DNA from: Candidatus Iainarchaeum sp. | Lineage (GTDB): Archaea; Iainarchaeota; Iainarchaeia; Iainarchaeales; DTGL01 | DNA length: 53,349 bases | Direction: 5' to 3' | Assembly: GCA_026396995.1 (NCBI GenBank) | Contig: JAPLVS010000060.1 | Location: 1 to 53,349 of the forward strand | Shown here: positions 36,094-45,034 of the stretch, piece by piece | How the letters are laid out: each line of letters starts with the position of its first letter | Position numbering within the stretch: the first letter of the stretch is position 1 | Translations under genes and position numbers: made by a program | Notes under the pieces: model-generated | Seen by the model: the letters and a program-made list of their open reading frames with translations, nothing else | Database searches by the model: none | Told to the model about the DNA's origin: nothing

Positions 36094-38649
36094 ATGGAAG
36101 ATTTTTTGGGCACAGTGATTTCGACCTTCACCTCGCCTTCGCCGAGCGAAATGAATTTCGTCGTTACAAGCGGGAACGTTCACAGGGGCCAGTTCGTCGA
36201 GGTTGATTATTCCGAAGGCACCATAGTTGCGCTTATCACAAATGTCGTGAAAACAAACCGTTATTTCGAGCGCGCTGATTCTGTAAAAGAATTCGAGGCG
36301 CGCGGCTCTGCGCTCTTTGAACAATTTCCAACAAGCGAATGGGAATACCTGATTGCGAACACAAGGCCACTGGGCGTTTTCAATAAAGGCCGCGTTTCAA
36401 GATCAAGCTTTCCGCCGTCGCCTGGGGCAAAAGTGAGGCTTGCGAAAGCGGAAACCCTCAAAAACTTCTTCAAGTTCGACGAAGAGAAAGGGATGAATTT
36501 GGGCAAGGTCGAATTCCACGACCTTGATGTGAAAATCAACATGACAAAACTCCTCAAAAAGCACCTTGCCATCCTGAGCATTTCCGGCGCAGGAAAATCC
36601 TATTTCACCTCGGTTTTGTTCGAAGAGCTTCTGGACAGGAAAAAAGAGAACGGCAGGATTGCCTGCGTTGTCCTTGACCCGCACGGCGAATACTCTTCCT
36701 TTGCCGAACCTGTGAAAGACAAGGAGCACAGCGATTACAGCGACCGCACGCTCCTGGTTAAAGGCAGGAATGTGCGCATTGCAGTGCCCTCCCTTAGTGT
36801 TGGAATGCTTGCCGGAATCATAACGGGTTTAAGCGGACCGCAAAAGAGGGATTTGAAAAAAATCCTCATCAAGCTCAATTCCGAAATGAAATCAGGTTTG
36901 GGCCCCTTCGATTTCGACAGCGTGAAAAAAGAAATACTGCAGGATGCCGAGATAAAGGAAAACACTAAAGGCCCGCTGCTGGGCTGGATTGCCGAACTGG
37001 AGCAGATGCACTTGTTTGCAAAAATAGATTCGCCGAGCGCGCGCGATGTCGTGAGGCCTGGCTTCCTTACAATAATCGACCTATCCGATATTATCGACAT
37101 CAAGAAAAAGCAGGTCATTGTGAGCCATTTCGCAAACAAGCTTTTCAGTGAAAGGCGCAAAAAAACAATCCCTCCTTTTTTGCTTGTGATGGAGGAAGCG
37201 CACCAGTTTTGTTTGAGTGAGGATACCGAGATTCTGACGGCCGGGGGATGGAAAAAATACATTGAAGTAGGGATTGGCGATTTGGCTTTTTCTTATAATA
37301 AAGAAACAAACAAATTGGAGATTAATCCAATAAAGAGAATAATTGTTAGGCCGCATGAGGGCAAATTAGTAAGGCTCTTTAATGAAGATAGCATTGATTC
37401 GCTGGTCAGTGATGACCACCGTGTTTTATGCAATGTCAGAACCACCGGCGCAGACCGAAAATGGAAATGGTCCAAATCCCGGTTTGTACCGGCAAAAAAT
37501 TTGCCAAGTGGAGCGAGGATCCCGGTAGCAGCCGGGTTAGATTCCGAATCCGAATGCAAAATAGACTCGGATTTGGTCAAAGTAATTGGCTGGATAATCA
37601 GTGACGGAAATCTGCACTCTTACCACGGCGGAAAACAGTCCTATTATGAAATTTCTCAGTCAAAAGCAAAGGGCAAAATACTCGATGAAATTATGGATGT
37701 CGTTCCACGCAGGTTCCCGGAAGCAAAAGTGCATTCCCGAAAAAGAACCTCCTGCTTTGATGGCGGAGCCAAAAGAATTGCCCGTTCGGAAGAGTTTACA
37801 TTTTATCTCGGAGCTGAGGCAACAAAAGAGATTAAAGCGTGGCTGGGAAACATCCCGCATCGGATTCCAAGAAAATTTTTAGAAAACGCCTCACAGCCGC
37901 AATTGAAAATTTTATTTGATGCGCTTGTTCAAGGCGACGGGTCAATACAATACAGTAAGAATAAGCACAAATATGTTATTTTTTATGCCGGCTATGATGC
38001 CAAACTGGCCGATGACTTCCAAGAATTATGCGTCCGTTTGGGCTTCTCAGCAGTTATTAAACATGTTCCGTCAAACAAACAGACAAAAGTATTGGTTTCT
38101 TTTAAGAGGAAGCATGCTTTTGTCAGGAAGACAAAAGAAGAGAATTTCTCTGGAAAAACATGGGACATAACAATCCAAAACGGGGCATTTGTTGCCCGCA
38201 GAAATGGGAAAGCCTTTATCACTGGCAATTGTCCTGAGAGGGTTTCGGAAGAGCAGGCTGTTTCCAGGGGCATAATCCGCACTATTGCCCGTGAGGGAAG
38301 GAAATTCGGCGCTTCCATATGCCTTGTGTCGCAAAGGCCTGTGCAGTTGGACACCACGGCACTCTCGCAATGCAACACAAAAATAATCCTGCGCATAACA
38401 AATCCCTATGACCTCAAGCACATCGCGGAATCCGCCGAAGCAATCGACCAGCGCTCGCTCGAAATGATTACTTCACTGCAGGTCGGCGAGGCACTTGTAA
38501 TAGGGGAAGCCGTGAATTACCCGCTTTTCTTCAAAGTCCGCGAGAGGAAATCCCTGCCATCAAAGCACGAAATTTCATTGGAGGATGCGGCAGTCGAATT
38601 CGAGTCCTCCAAGAAAAAGAGCGACGAGGAAACAGAAGCGTTTTTGTGA
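36094..38649 (+). CDS. herA: HerA helicase containing an intein
   Basis: HAS barrel N-terminus, HLAILSISGAGKS, DPHGEY, MEEAHQF|intein|CPE, IAREGRKFG...SQRP, SQCNT. Confidence 0.92.
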   Translation: MEDFLGTVISTFTSPSPSEMNFVVTSGNVHRGQFVEVDYSEGTIVALITNVVKTNRYFERADSVKEFEARGSALFEQFPTSEWEYLIANTRPLGVFNKGRVSRSSFPPSPGAKVRLAKAETLKNFFKFDEEKGMNLGKVEFHDLDVKINMTKLLKKHLAILSISGAGKSYFTSVLFEELLDRKKENGRIACVVLDPHGEYSSFAEPVKDKEHSDYSDRTLLVKGRNVRIAVPSLSVGMLAGIITGLSGPQKRDLKKILIKLNSEMKSGLGPFDFDSVKKEILQDAEIKENTKGPLLGWIAELEQMHLFAKIDSPSARDVVRPGFLTIIDLSDIIDIKKKQVIVSHFANKLFSERRKKTIPPFLLVMEEAHQFCLSEDTEILTAGGWKKYIEVGIGDLAFSYNKETNKLEINPIKRIIVRPHEGKLVRLFNEDSIDSLVSDDHRVLCNVRTTGADRKWKWSKSRFVPAKNLPSGARIPVAAGLDSESECKIDSDLVKVIGWIISDGNLHSYHGGKQSYYEISQSKAKGKILDEIMDVVPRRFPEAKVHSRKRTSCFDGGAKRIARSEEFTFYLGAEATKEIKAWLGNIPHRIPRKFLENASQPQLKILFDALVQGDGSIQYSKNKHKYVIFYAGYDAKLADDFQELCVRLGFSAVIKHVPSNKQTKVLVSFKRKHAFVRKTKEENFSGKTWDITIQNGAFVARRNGKAFITGNCPERVSEEQAVSRGIIRTIAREGRKFGASICLVSQRPVQLDTTALSQCNTKIILRITNPYDLKHIAESAEAIDQRSLEMITSLQVGEALVIGEAVNYPLFFKVRERKSLPSKHEISLEDAAVEFESSKKKSDEETEAFL
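37210..38229 (+). mobile_element. 340-aa intein with a LAGLIDADG homing endonuclease
   Basis: Starts CLSEDTEILT; block B SDDHRV; IGWIISDG and FDALVQGDG motifs; ends FVARRNGKAFITGN followed by Cys+1. Confidence 0.92.
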
Positions 38650-38741
38650 AGCGGCTTGTTCCCGAATGATTTCTTTTTCACTGTTCAGGGGAAGCGAACT
38701 CCCTCGCGTGCTTTTTAAGGCAGGAAAGCGCCTATTTTTGC

Positions 38742-40181
38742 ATGACTCTCGGCACAGCATATTTGGATACCGTAAGGTACCTTGAAGGCGAAGGCAAAAT
38801 AATTGCCTCCTTCAAATCCCTGGATTGCGACGGAAAAGAAACAGAAGCCGAATTCGGTTTCCTACCTGAATTAAGGCTCCCGCATAATCACGATTTCAAA
38901 CAATTCCTTGCATCGGTTTCACCGCAAGGGCTGATTTTCAGGGAAACTGAAAAGGGGATTTGCGCAAATTCAAAATCTTTTTCTGGCTTGGAACTGCTGC
39001 ATTCCCTTTTGTCAGTTTCCTTCAACGCTTTCGTTCCGCTACCCGAACCTGAAAGGCAGTTTTTGCTTTCGCGGGACTGGGGCTATTTCGACAAATTCGA
39101 AATCAGGGAAGGCAGGCAGGGCGGCCCTGCAGTTGAAAAAAAAGGCTTTGCCGAGGACTCAGTAAATTCGCCTTGCTTTCCTGAAAACATAAAACAGAAA
39201 GATGCGTTCCTTTCAAACCTTTTGCTTTTGCAGTGCAAAAAAATTCCTGCCGGGCAGGAAACAGGGATGGCTTTTTTGGAAAACGCCGCATTCGCCAATT
39301 TTTCGCTGATGCCTTCGGGGAAAACCCCAAAGCAGGCAAAGGATTCCTGCAAAAGCGGGTTTCATGACCTTATCGAGCTTGATTTTTCAAGGGCAATCCT
39401 TGAAAAAATCGCGGAATCAAACCTCGGCGCCGACTCCATTAACTGCGGTTGCTGCAGGCCAGAATCGCTGCATTCCGGGAATGTTCTCCCAAATTCGGCT
39501 GTCGAAGTCGAATTCCTTGAAAACGGCTATTATTTTGATTCATGCATCCCGCTTTTTGCAAGGCAGTTCCACGAACAAAATCCTGGCAAAAGCGCAAGGC
39601 TGGCAAGGAAAAAGGAATTCTGCCTTGAGGGAATGCCTGTCGGGCCTTTTTATTGCGGGAAAAAAGCCGTTGTCCCGCTGGCTGATGCTCTGCGGCTTGA
39701 AGGCGGCGGTGCAGCAAGAATCGTGGCTGAAAAGGAACTCAGGTGGCATTGCAGGAAAAAGCCTTCTTTTGTGGCTGCAGGCATTTCAGGCCTGCTTTCG
39801 CTTGAAAGTGCGCTCAAGGAAAGGATGGCTGCGCTTGAAAAAAAGGACATTGCGGAAAAAGGCCTCAACGCATTCAACCCTGTTTTTTCAAGCCCTGAAA
39901 AAACATCGCTTGAGGAATTCCTGCAGGCATGCTCCTGCCTCCTTGAATCGGTTTTTTCATGCCTTGGGACAGGCTCTTTTTCAGGCCAAAAGGATTTTTC
40001 GGAAAACGTGCAGGCATTCAGTTCAGGGCTTCTTTCCGGCTACAATGAAATGCTCGAGGAAAGGAATTCAGAGCCGATTTACCTTATTTCAGGGCGCGCC
40101 TTTGTCAAGCACATGGAGATTTTCACAGACCTCGCGGTGGTGTCAAAGGACACAGGAATGTCGCTTCCCTCGGTTTTCTAG
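38742..40181 (+). CDS. Inactivated family B DNA polymerase derivative
   Basis: IELDFS...NLGADSINCGCC and WHCRKKPSFV align to PolB (LDFxSLYPS...NISPDTLNCECC; WFCKKxxGFIP). The YGDTDS position reads IYLISG. Confidence 0.65.
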   Translation: MTLGTAYLDTVRYLEGEGKIIASFKSLDCDGKETEAEFGFLPELRLPHNHDFKQFLASVSPQGLIFRETEKGICANSKSFSGLELLHSLLSVSFNAFVPLPEPERQFLLSRDWGYFDKFEIREGRQGGPAVEKKGFAEDSVNSPCFPENIKQKDAFLSNLLLLQCKKIPAGQETGMAFLENAAFANFSLMPSGKTPKQAKDSCKSGFHDLIELDFSRAILEKIAESNLGADSINCGCCRPESLHSGNVLPNSAVEVEFLENGYYFDSCIPLFARQFHEQNPGKSARLARKKEFCLEGMPVGPFYCGKKAVVPLADALRLEGGGAARIVAEKELRWHCRKKPSFVAAGISGLLSLESALKERMAALEKKDIAEKGLNAFNPVFSSPEKTSLEEFLQACSCLLESVFSCLGTGSFSGQKDFSENVQAFSSGLLSGYNEMLEERNSEPIYLISGRAFVKHMEIFTDLAVVSKDTGMSLPSVF

Positions 40182-40270
40182 ATTTCCCCTCACGAGGAAT
40201 GGTTTTTAATCCTTTCCAATGAAAATTTCATACAGTCTTTTTTTAGCACTACACTCGTCATGGGATTAGT

Positions 40271-40477
40271 ATGGCCAAACTGACAAGATTCGAGGTAACA
40301 CGCCTCATCAGCGCGAGGGCATTGCAGCTCTCTTTCGGAGCCCCGCCTTTAATCAAGCCGGCGGAAGAAGACACTTCCTACCTTATTGCGAAAAGGGAAA
40401 TGTCCGAAAAAGTGCTCCCGATGGCTGTATTGAGGCGCCACACTGACGGAACCATTGAAAAGGTAGGAATGGAGTGA
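40271..40477 (+). CDS. rpoK: DNA-directed RNA polymerase subunit K (Rpo6)
   Basis: LTRFEVTRLISARALQLSFGAP. Confidence 0.95.
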   Translation: MAKLTRFEVTRLISARALQLSFGAPPLIKPAEEDTSYLIAKREMSEKVLPMAVLRRHTDGTIEKVGME

Positions 40478-40481
40478 TTTT

Positions 40482-40673
40482 ATGGGCAAAGCAGTTCCAA
40501 GGATCATCAAGCAGCGCTGCCTGAAGCTTTTGAAGGCCTATCCGGAAAGTTTCACAAAAGACTTTTCAAAAAACAAGGCTTTCCTGAAAAGCCTCAGCAT
40601 GCCTTTCTCAAGGACAGACATCAACCTGATGGCAGGCTTCCTCACAAGAAAGGCACCGGCAGTTGCGGCATAA
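40482..40673 (+). CDS. rps17e: 30S ribosomal protein S17e
   Basis: MGKA...IK...YPESFTKDFSKNK...NLMAGFLTR. Confidence 0.85.
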   Translation: MGKAVPRIIKQRCLKLLKAYPESFTKDFSKNKAFLKSLSMPFSRTDINLMAGFLTRKAPAVAA

Positions 40674-40705
40674 AAAATCCGCTTCTTTAATTCTATTCCA
40701 ACGCC

Positions 40706-43111
40706 TTATTGTTGCAGCGGCTCGAGGAGTTCGGCCCTTGTAATGCCTTCCTCTTCCTTGTTCCGTTCCAGCAGGTAAAGGGAAGCGCTTGCCGCCTTTT
40801 CCATTTCCTTGCTGTGCGTGATGAGAAACACCTGCTCCACCAATCCTTCGATCCGGCCGTGCATCATTTCCGCAAGCTTTGAAACAGCGTTTTCATCAAG
40901 GTTATGGGTCGGCTCGTCAAGGATTAGAATGCCGAGGTTCCTTGCAAGCACAAGCGAAAAAGCAATCCTTAAAGTGAGCGCCACAGAGCTCCTTTCCCCC
41001 CCGGAAAGAATTCCTTCTATTTTTTCCCATTTGCCGTTCCTTGCAAGCACCTTCAATTCGTAATCGCCTTCATTGATTTCCATTTTTGCGCTGACATAGT
41101 CGCCGTAAGGGTAAACCCTTTTCCAGACAATATCCATCGCCTCGTTGACTGTTTCCACCAATGATTCCCTCAATTCCGCCTGCGCTGCCTTCAATGCGTT
41201 CACAAAAACAGCCAGTTTCGATATCCCGAACTCGGTCCCATCCAAACTTTTCCTTGCGCTTTCAACAAGCCCTATTTTTGCCCTTATTTCGCTTTCGCGC
41301 TTTTTCTTCTCTTCGGCAAGTTCCCTTAACCCTTTCACTTCCATGCCGAAAGATTCGAGCCCCCTGAATTTTTCACCCAGCTTCCTTTCGGTTTCCATTG
41401 CCTTTGCCTCGTCAAAGCCCAATTCAAGCAAAGCTTTTTCCGCATCATTGAGTTCGGCGCTTTTCGCAGTGCGCTCTTTTTTCCTTTCAATGCCCTCGAT
41501 TATTTTTTCCACTTTTTCAAGCTTTTCAGCGCACTGCTCGAGCTCTTCTTCAACGCGCTCGGCCTTGAGGCCTTTCCATTTCTTTTCGAAAACCAGCAAT
41601 TGCGCATCGATTGCGCTTAGCCTTTCAGTGTTTTCCCTGAGCCTTTCCAGCGGCCTGCGCAGGCTTTCAAGGAAAGAATGGAGTTCTGCCAGCGATTTCA
41701 ATTCCTCTCCGGCTTTTTCCAGTTCTTCCTCGGCCTTCTTCCTTTCCGCCTTCAGGGAGTGGATTTTTTCGTGCAATGTTTTCCTGTCGGCGCCCAGACC
41801 TTCAAGCAGTGCCTCAGTCCTTTCAATAAGATCCTGCCTTGCTTCGCCTGAAAGCGGCCTCTTGCACAGCGGGCATTCCGCTTCATCCGATTTTATTTTT
41901 TCAAGGTTTTCCAGCCCGTCGCTTTGATTGCTTTCAAGAATGCCGACTTCCTCGCCCAATTCCTTTTCCTGCTTTTCGATTTCCGCAAGCCCATGCTTTT
42001 TTTCCTTTTCCTTTTTTTCCAGCGCTTCCTTTTTTTTGCCCAATTCCGGCAGTTCTTTCAGCAAATCCTCCTTGCACGCAATCTTTTCAGGCAGGCTTTT
42101 CACTGCGGCCGAATTTTCCTCTTCCAATACATCCTTTTTCGCCTTAAGTGCCCCTATCTCCGCTTCCAGCTTTCCGGCTTCCCTTTCCTGTTCCTTGAGC
42201 TGTTTCACTTTCGCCCTTATTTCCTCAGGCTTTCCCTTCAATTCGCCTTCTTTCACTCCGTCGAGCGAAACGCCTGTGTCCTTTTCAATTCTTTTCAGTT
42301 CCCTTTCAATGGATTCGACTTCCTGCTTCAGGGAAATGGTTTTTTCATTCAGGGAGCGGAATTTTTTCTTTTTTTCAGAGAACGCCTTCGCGGCTTTTTC
42401 CATTTCAGCCAGTTCCTTTTCAACCCTGCCTTTTTCCTCAAGCCTCACCTTTATTCTTTCCTCTGCCTCTCTTATCTCGGCGCCGATTGCGTCCAGTTCG
42501 CTTTTGCCTGCGCCTTTGCCCTGCTCTTCAAGGAATTTTTTCTTTTCCTCTGCAACTTTCTTCAAGGTGTTCGCGACATTCACAGCATTCTTCCTGACCT
42601 TTTCATACCTGTCCAGCCCAAGCAGTTCGTCGAATTTCTGCTTTCTTTCCCCTGCATTCATCCTGATGAAAAAATCCATCTGGTTTTGTTCGGAGTAAAC
42701 AGCGCGCGAGAACAATTCGTAGTTTGTCTCCAAGACCTTCTCGATGCGCTCGTTGACTTCGCTTACCTTCGGCCCTGCAAGGAATGCGCCGTTTTCATAA
42801 AGTTTTGCGGTGCTGGTTTTTTCGTTCCTGTAAATCCTGCGCTCCACTTTGTAGTTTTTGCCCCTATAATCGAATTCGAGCGCCACGCAGGCTTCGTCCA
42901 TTTTCGAGGGCCTGTCCATTATGGCTTCCTCGATTTTTGTTTCCCTTCTCTGCGCTTCAGGGAACGTTCCGAACAGCCCGAAACAGATTGCGCTCATAAC
43001 ACTGCTTTTCCCTGAACCCATCTGGCCGACCAGCACGTTAGTGCCAGGCCCGAATTCAAGGTCAGTATGCTTGTGCGAGCGCCAGTTTTCCAAGATAACT
43101 CTGCGAATCAT
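40706..43111 (-). CDS. rad50: Rad50 SMC-like ATPase
   Basis: LENWRSH, GQMGSGKS, Q-loop, zinc hook CPLC, LSGGE, ILILDEPT, LITH. Confidence 0.93.
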   Translation of the reverse strand: MIRRVILENWRSHKHTDLEFGPGTNVLVGQMGSGKSSVMSAICFGLFGTFPEAQRRETKIEEAIMDRPSKMDEACVALEFDYRGKNYKVERRIYRNEKTSTAKLYENGAFLAGPKVSEVNERIEKVLETNYELFSRAVYSEQNQMDFFIRMNAGERKQKFDELLGLDRYEKVRKNAVNVANTLKKVAEEKKKFLEEQGKGAGKSELDAIGAEIREAEERIKVRLEEKGRVEKELAEMEKAAKAFSEKKKKFRSLNEKTISLKQEVESIERELKRIEKDTGVSLDGVKEGELKGKPEEIRAKVKQLKEQEREAGKLEAEIGALKAKKDVLEEENSAAVKSLPEKIACKEDLLKELPELGKKKEALEKKEKEKKHGLAEIEKQEKELGEEVGILESNQSDGLENLEKIKSDEAECPLCKRPLSGEARQDLIERTEALLEGLGADRKTLHEKIHSLKAERKKAEEELEKAGEELKSLAELHSFLESLRRPLERLRENTERLSAIDAQLLVFEKKWKGLKAERVEEELEQCAEKLEKVEKIIEGIERKKERTAKSAELNDAEKALLELGFDEAKAMETERKLGEKFRGLESFGMEVKGLRELAEEKKKRESEIRAKIGLVESARKSLDGTEFGISKLAVFVNALKAAQAELRESLVETVNEAMDIVWKRVYPYGDYVSAKMEINEGDYELKVLARNGKWEKIEGILSGGERSSVALTLRIAFSLVLARNLGILILDEPTHNLDENAVSKLAEMMHGRIEGLVEQVFLITHSKEMEKAASASLYLLERNKEEEGITRAELLEPLQQ

Positions 43112-43135
43112 GCAGAAGAATTAGGGATAAAATGA

Positions 43136-43450
43136 TTAAAAAGAAAACCTGCCTTTATTCGCCGGCTTTCTCGACCAAACGCCTGCTTTCTCTTCCCTTA
43201 TGTCTTCCAAGAGCCTTTCTGCTTTTGGGATTATATGGTGCAATGCCCTGTCCCTTTGATAAAGCCTGAAAAGTTTTCTCCCAAGCTCGATTTCTTTTTT
43301 TGCAAGAGAGGTAAGCGGCTTCCTGTAGACGCGCTTGCGTTCCCAGTTGCTAGGTAAAATGACAGAGACTGTTGCCACGCCGGATTTTCTTGGTTCGGGC
43401 GGGTCCTCAAATACCTCTACAGTGTGCTTGTCCTCGTTCCGGCGAATCAA
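43136..43450 (-). CDS. Hypothetical basic protein
   Basis: 104-aa ORF filling the gap between genes; no motifs. Confidence 0.35.
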   Translation of the reverse strand: MIRRNEDKHTVEVFEDPPEPRKSGVATVSVILPSNWERKRVYRKPLTSLAKKEIELGRKLFRLYQRDRALHHIIPKAERLLEDIREEKAGVWSRKPANKGRFSF

Positions 43451-43452
43451 TT

Positions 43453-43671
43453 TCAGTATTCTCCCGCGCCTTCCACGTGTTTGGGCAAACTCTTTTTCAA
43501 TGTCAAGCGGACTTTCTTTAACTCAAGAAGCCTGGCGCCCAAGGCAGCCTCGGCAGCCTTAGCCCTTCTAGATTTTACAGCAGAGTTCCTTTCGGCTTCC
43601 AGGATTTTAACTGCAGCCCTAAGCCTTTTTGCAGCTGCTGCTTGGTTTCTCCTAGGGGCAGGTTTTGGCAT
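43453..43671 (-). CDS. Hypothetical basic helical protein
   Basis: 72 aa, MPKP start, K/R/A-rich. Confidence 0.45.
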   Translation of the reverse strand: MPKPAPRRNQAAAAKRLRAAVKILEAERNSAVKSRRAKAAEAALGARLLELKKVRLTLKKSLPKHVEGAGEY

Positions 43672-43709
43672 AATAAAATTAGCGCTAAACCAATTAAAAA
43701 GAAAAAGGT

Positions 43710-43970
43710 TTAAAGAAGTGTTTCGCCTTCCACCGTAACGCTTTCAACGCCCTTGACTGCCTTCACTTCTGCTTCCAGCGCGGCAACCTCGCCTTCCTTT
43801 GTGTTGGGAATCACGATGCCGGCCATTATGATGAACATGCCGAAAGCCAATGGCTCTTTCTTCGAATCCTGGAGCTTGCCTGCCTTAAGTTTCTTCAATT
43901 GCTCTATTACCTTGTCCTCGAGGCCAGGCTCTTCAGGCATTATTTTCAATATGACCATTGATTCGCCCAT
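43710..43970 (-). CDS. ef1b: Archaeal translation elongation factor 1-beta
   Basis: MGES.VILKIMPE...EPLAFG...GVESVTV; GGTGA RBS upstream. Confidence 0.93.
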   Translation of the reverse strand: MGESMVILKIMPEEPGLEDKVIEQLKKLKAGKLQDSKKEPLAFGMFIIMAGIVIPNTKEGEVAALEAEVKAVKGVESVTVEGETLL

Positions 43971-43994
43971 TTTTTCACCTAAACCGCGCCTTTT

Positions 43995-44150
43995 TCAAGG
44001 CCCTGTGAAGCCGCATTCAGGGCACGTGTAAGGCCTGCTCGAGCTTCTGCAGATATTGCATCTTATGATTTTGGCGTTAAGGCATTTCGGGCATTTGAAT
44101 TCCACGTACTCCGAAACAATCGCCTTATTGCAGGAACCGCATTTCTTCAA
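43995..44150 (-). CDS. Small Zn-ribbon protein (DUF1610/HVO_2753-like), below the ORF-track length cutoff
   Basis: MKKCGSCNKAIVSEYVEFKCPKCLNAKIIRCNICRSSSRPYTCPECGFTGP (four CxxC). TTG start after a GGTGA RBS. Its position just upstream of EF-1beta is the usual archaeal one. Confidence 0.9.
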   Translation of the reverse strand: MKKCGSCNKAIVSEYVEFKCPKCLNAKIIRCNICRSSSRPYTCPECGFTGP

Positions 44151-44324
44151 AAAACTCACCCCAAAAACAACAAAATTAAACCTATTAAACTAATAAGCAC
44201 TAATAATCCTTTAACGCAAGCTTTTAAAAGGGTGCTGAATATCAGCCAGCTTTCATAAAAAAAACAGCATGAAAGACTAAAAATATTCAGCAGCCTTTTG
44301 AGCCTAACAGGCAAGGCCTGCGTT

Positions 44325-44505
44325 GGCCCCGTAGCTTAACGGACAGAGCACCCGGCTTCGGAGAGCCTTTCTTTTCTTTAAAAGAAAAGAAAGCCTCGGG
44401 AAAGAAAAGAAGAGCTGAGGAAGAAAAGCCCTGGGAAAAGAAATTTGTTTCCCAAAAAAGCTTGAAGCAACCGGGCGATTGGGGGTTCGAGTCCCTCCGG
44501 GGTCG
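44325..44505 (+). tRNA. tRNA-Arg(TCG) with a 108-nt intron (44362-44469) at position 37/38
   Basis: Acceptor GGCCCCG/CGGGGTC, anticodon arm CCCGG-CTTCGG^A-CCGGG, T-arm GGGGG-TTCGAGT-CCCTC; BHB formed by the CTTC/GAAG helix with GGA and CAA bulges; no encoded CCA. Confidence 0.93.
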
Positions 44506-44605
44506 TAAGGCCACGGAGTATTTGAAACCGAAATTTCAATTTACTCCGGGGTCGATAGTTTCTATTGTACTCTGCTTTTGCCGGGTTTTTTCTTCTTAGC
44601 CCGAA

Positions 44606-45034
44606 CTACGGCTTTTTTACTTGTACGGCAAACGGCCTGCCATCGCTTCTATAACGTATAGTTTGCGTCTCGCCACCAGGCCCTGAATAGGTCACACTGA
44701 AGCATGGATGGCTTTCAGTCGCGTGCAGGCCCCTATCTGCAACCGTCAAGAACTGCCCTGTGACAATGGTGCCGTCTCTGTTTGTTTGCAACGTAACGGG
44801 CTTTTTTCCAGCAACGGTCTGCTCAGCCGAATTCATTGCGTTCATCCACCCTCTGGGCAGGGTTTTCCTTACTCGTGCCTCGCCCCCCAATACCATTCCC
44901 TCAGTTGGCTGGTTTTTCCCTGGTCTTCTTCCCTTTTTTGCTTCTGCGAGCCGGCTTTTGTATCTTGCCCTATCCGCCTTTGATGCTCCGCCAGACAATG
45001 ATTTCGGTTTTATGCCAGTAAATAGTGGCCCCAT
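44606..45034 (-). CDS. Hypothetical basic protein
   Basis: Open frame downstream of cca; start uncertain; no motifs. Confidence 0.35.
   Translation of the reverse strand: MGPLFTGIKPKSLSGGASKADRARYKSRLAEAKKGRRPGKNQPTEGMVLGGEARVRKTLPRGWMNAMNSAEQTVAGKKPVTLQTNRDGTIVTGQFLTVADRGLHATESHPCFSVTYSGPGGETQTIRYRSDGRPFAVQVKKP

Noticed and set aside
39364-40209. 281-aa alternative-frame ORF inside the PolB-like gene, as a frameshifted catalytic half
   Set aside because: It contains no polymerase motifs; all PolB landmarks lie in the 38742 frame.
41145-43015. Long plus-strand ORFs (260, 363 and 256 aa) rich in Phe and Ser
   Set aside because: Antisense shadows of the Glu/Lys-rich Rad50 coiled coil.
44287-44514. 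75-aa minus-strand ORF
   Set aside because: Antisense to tRNA-Arg and its intron.
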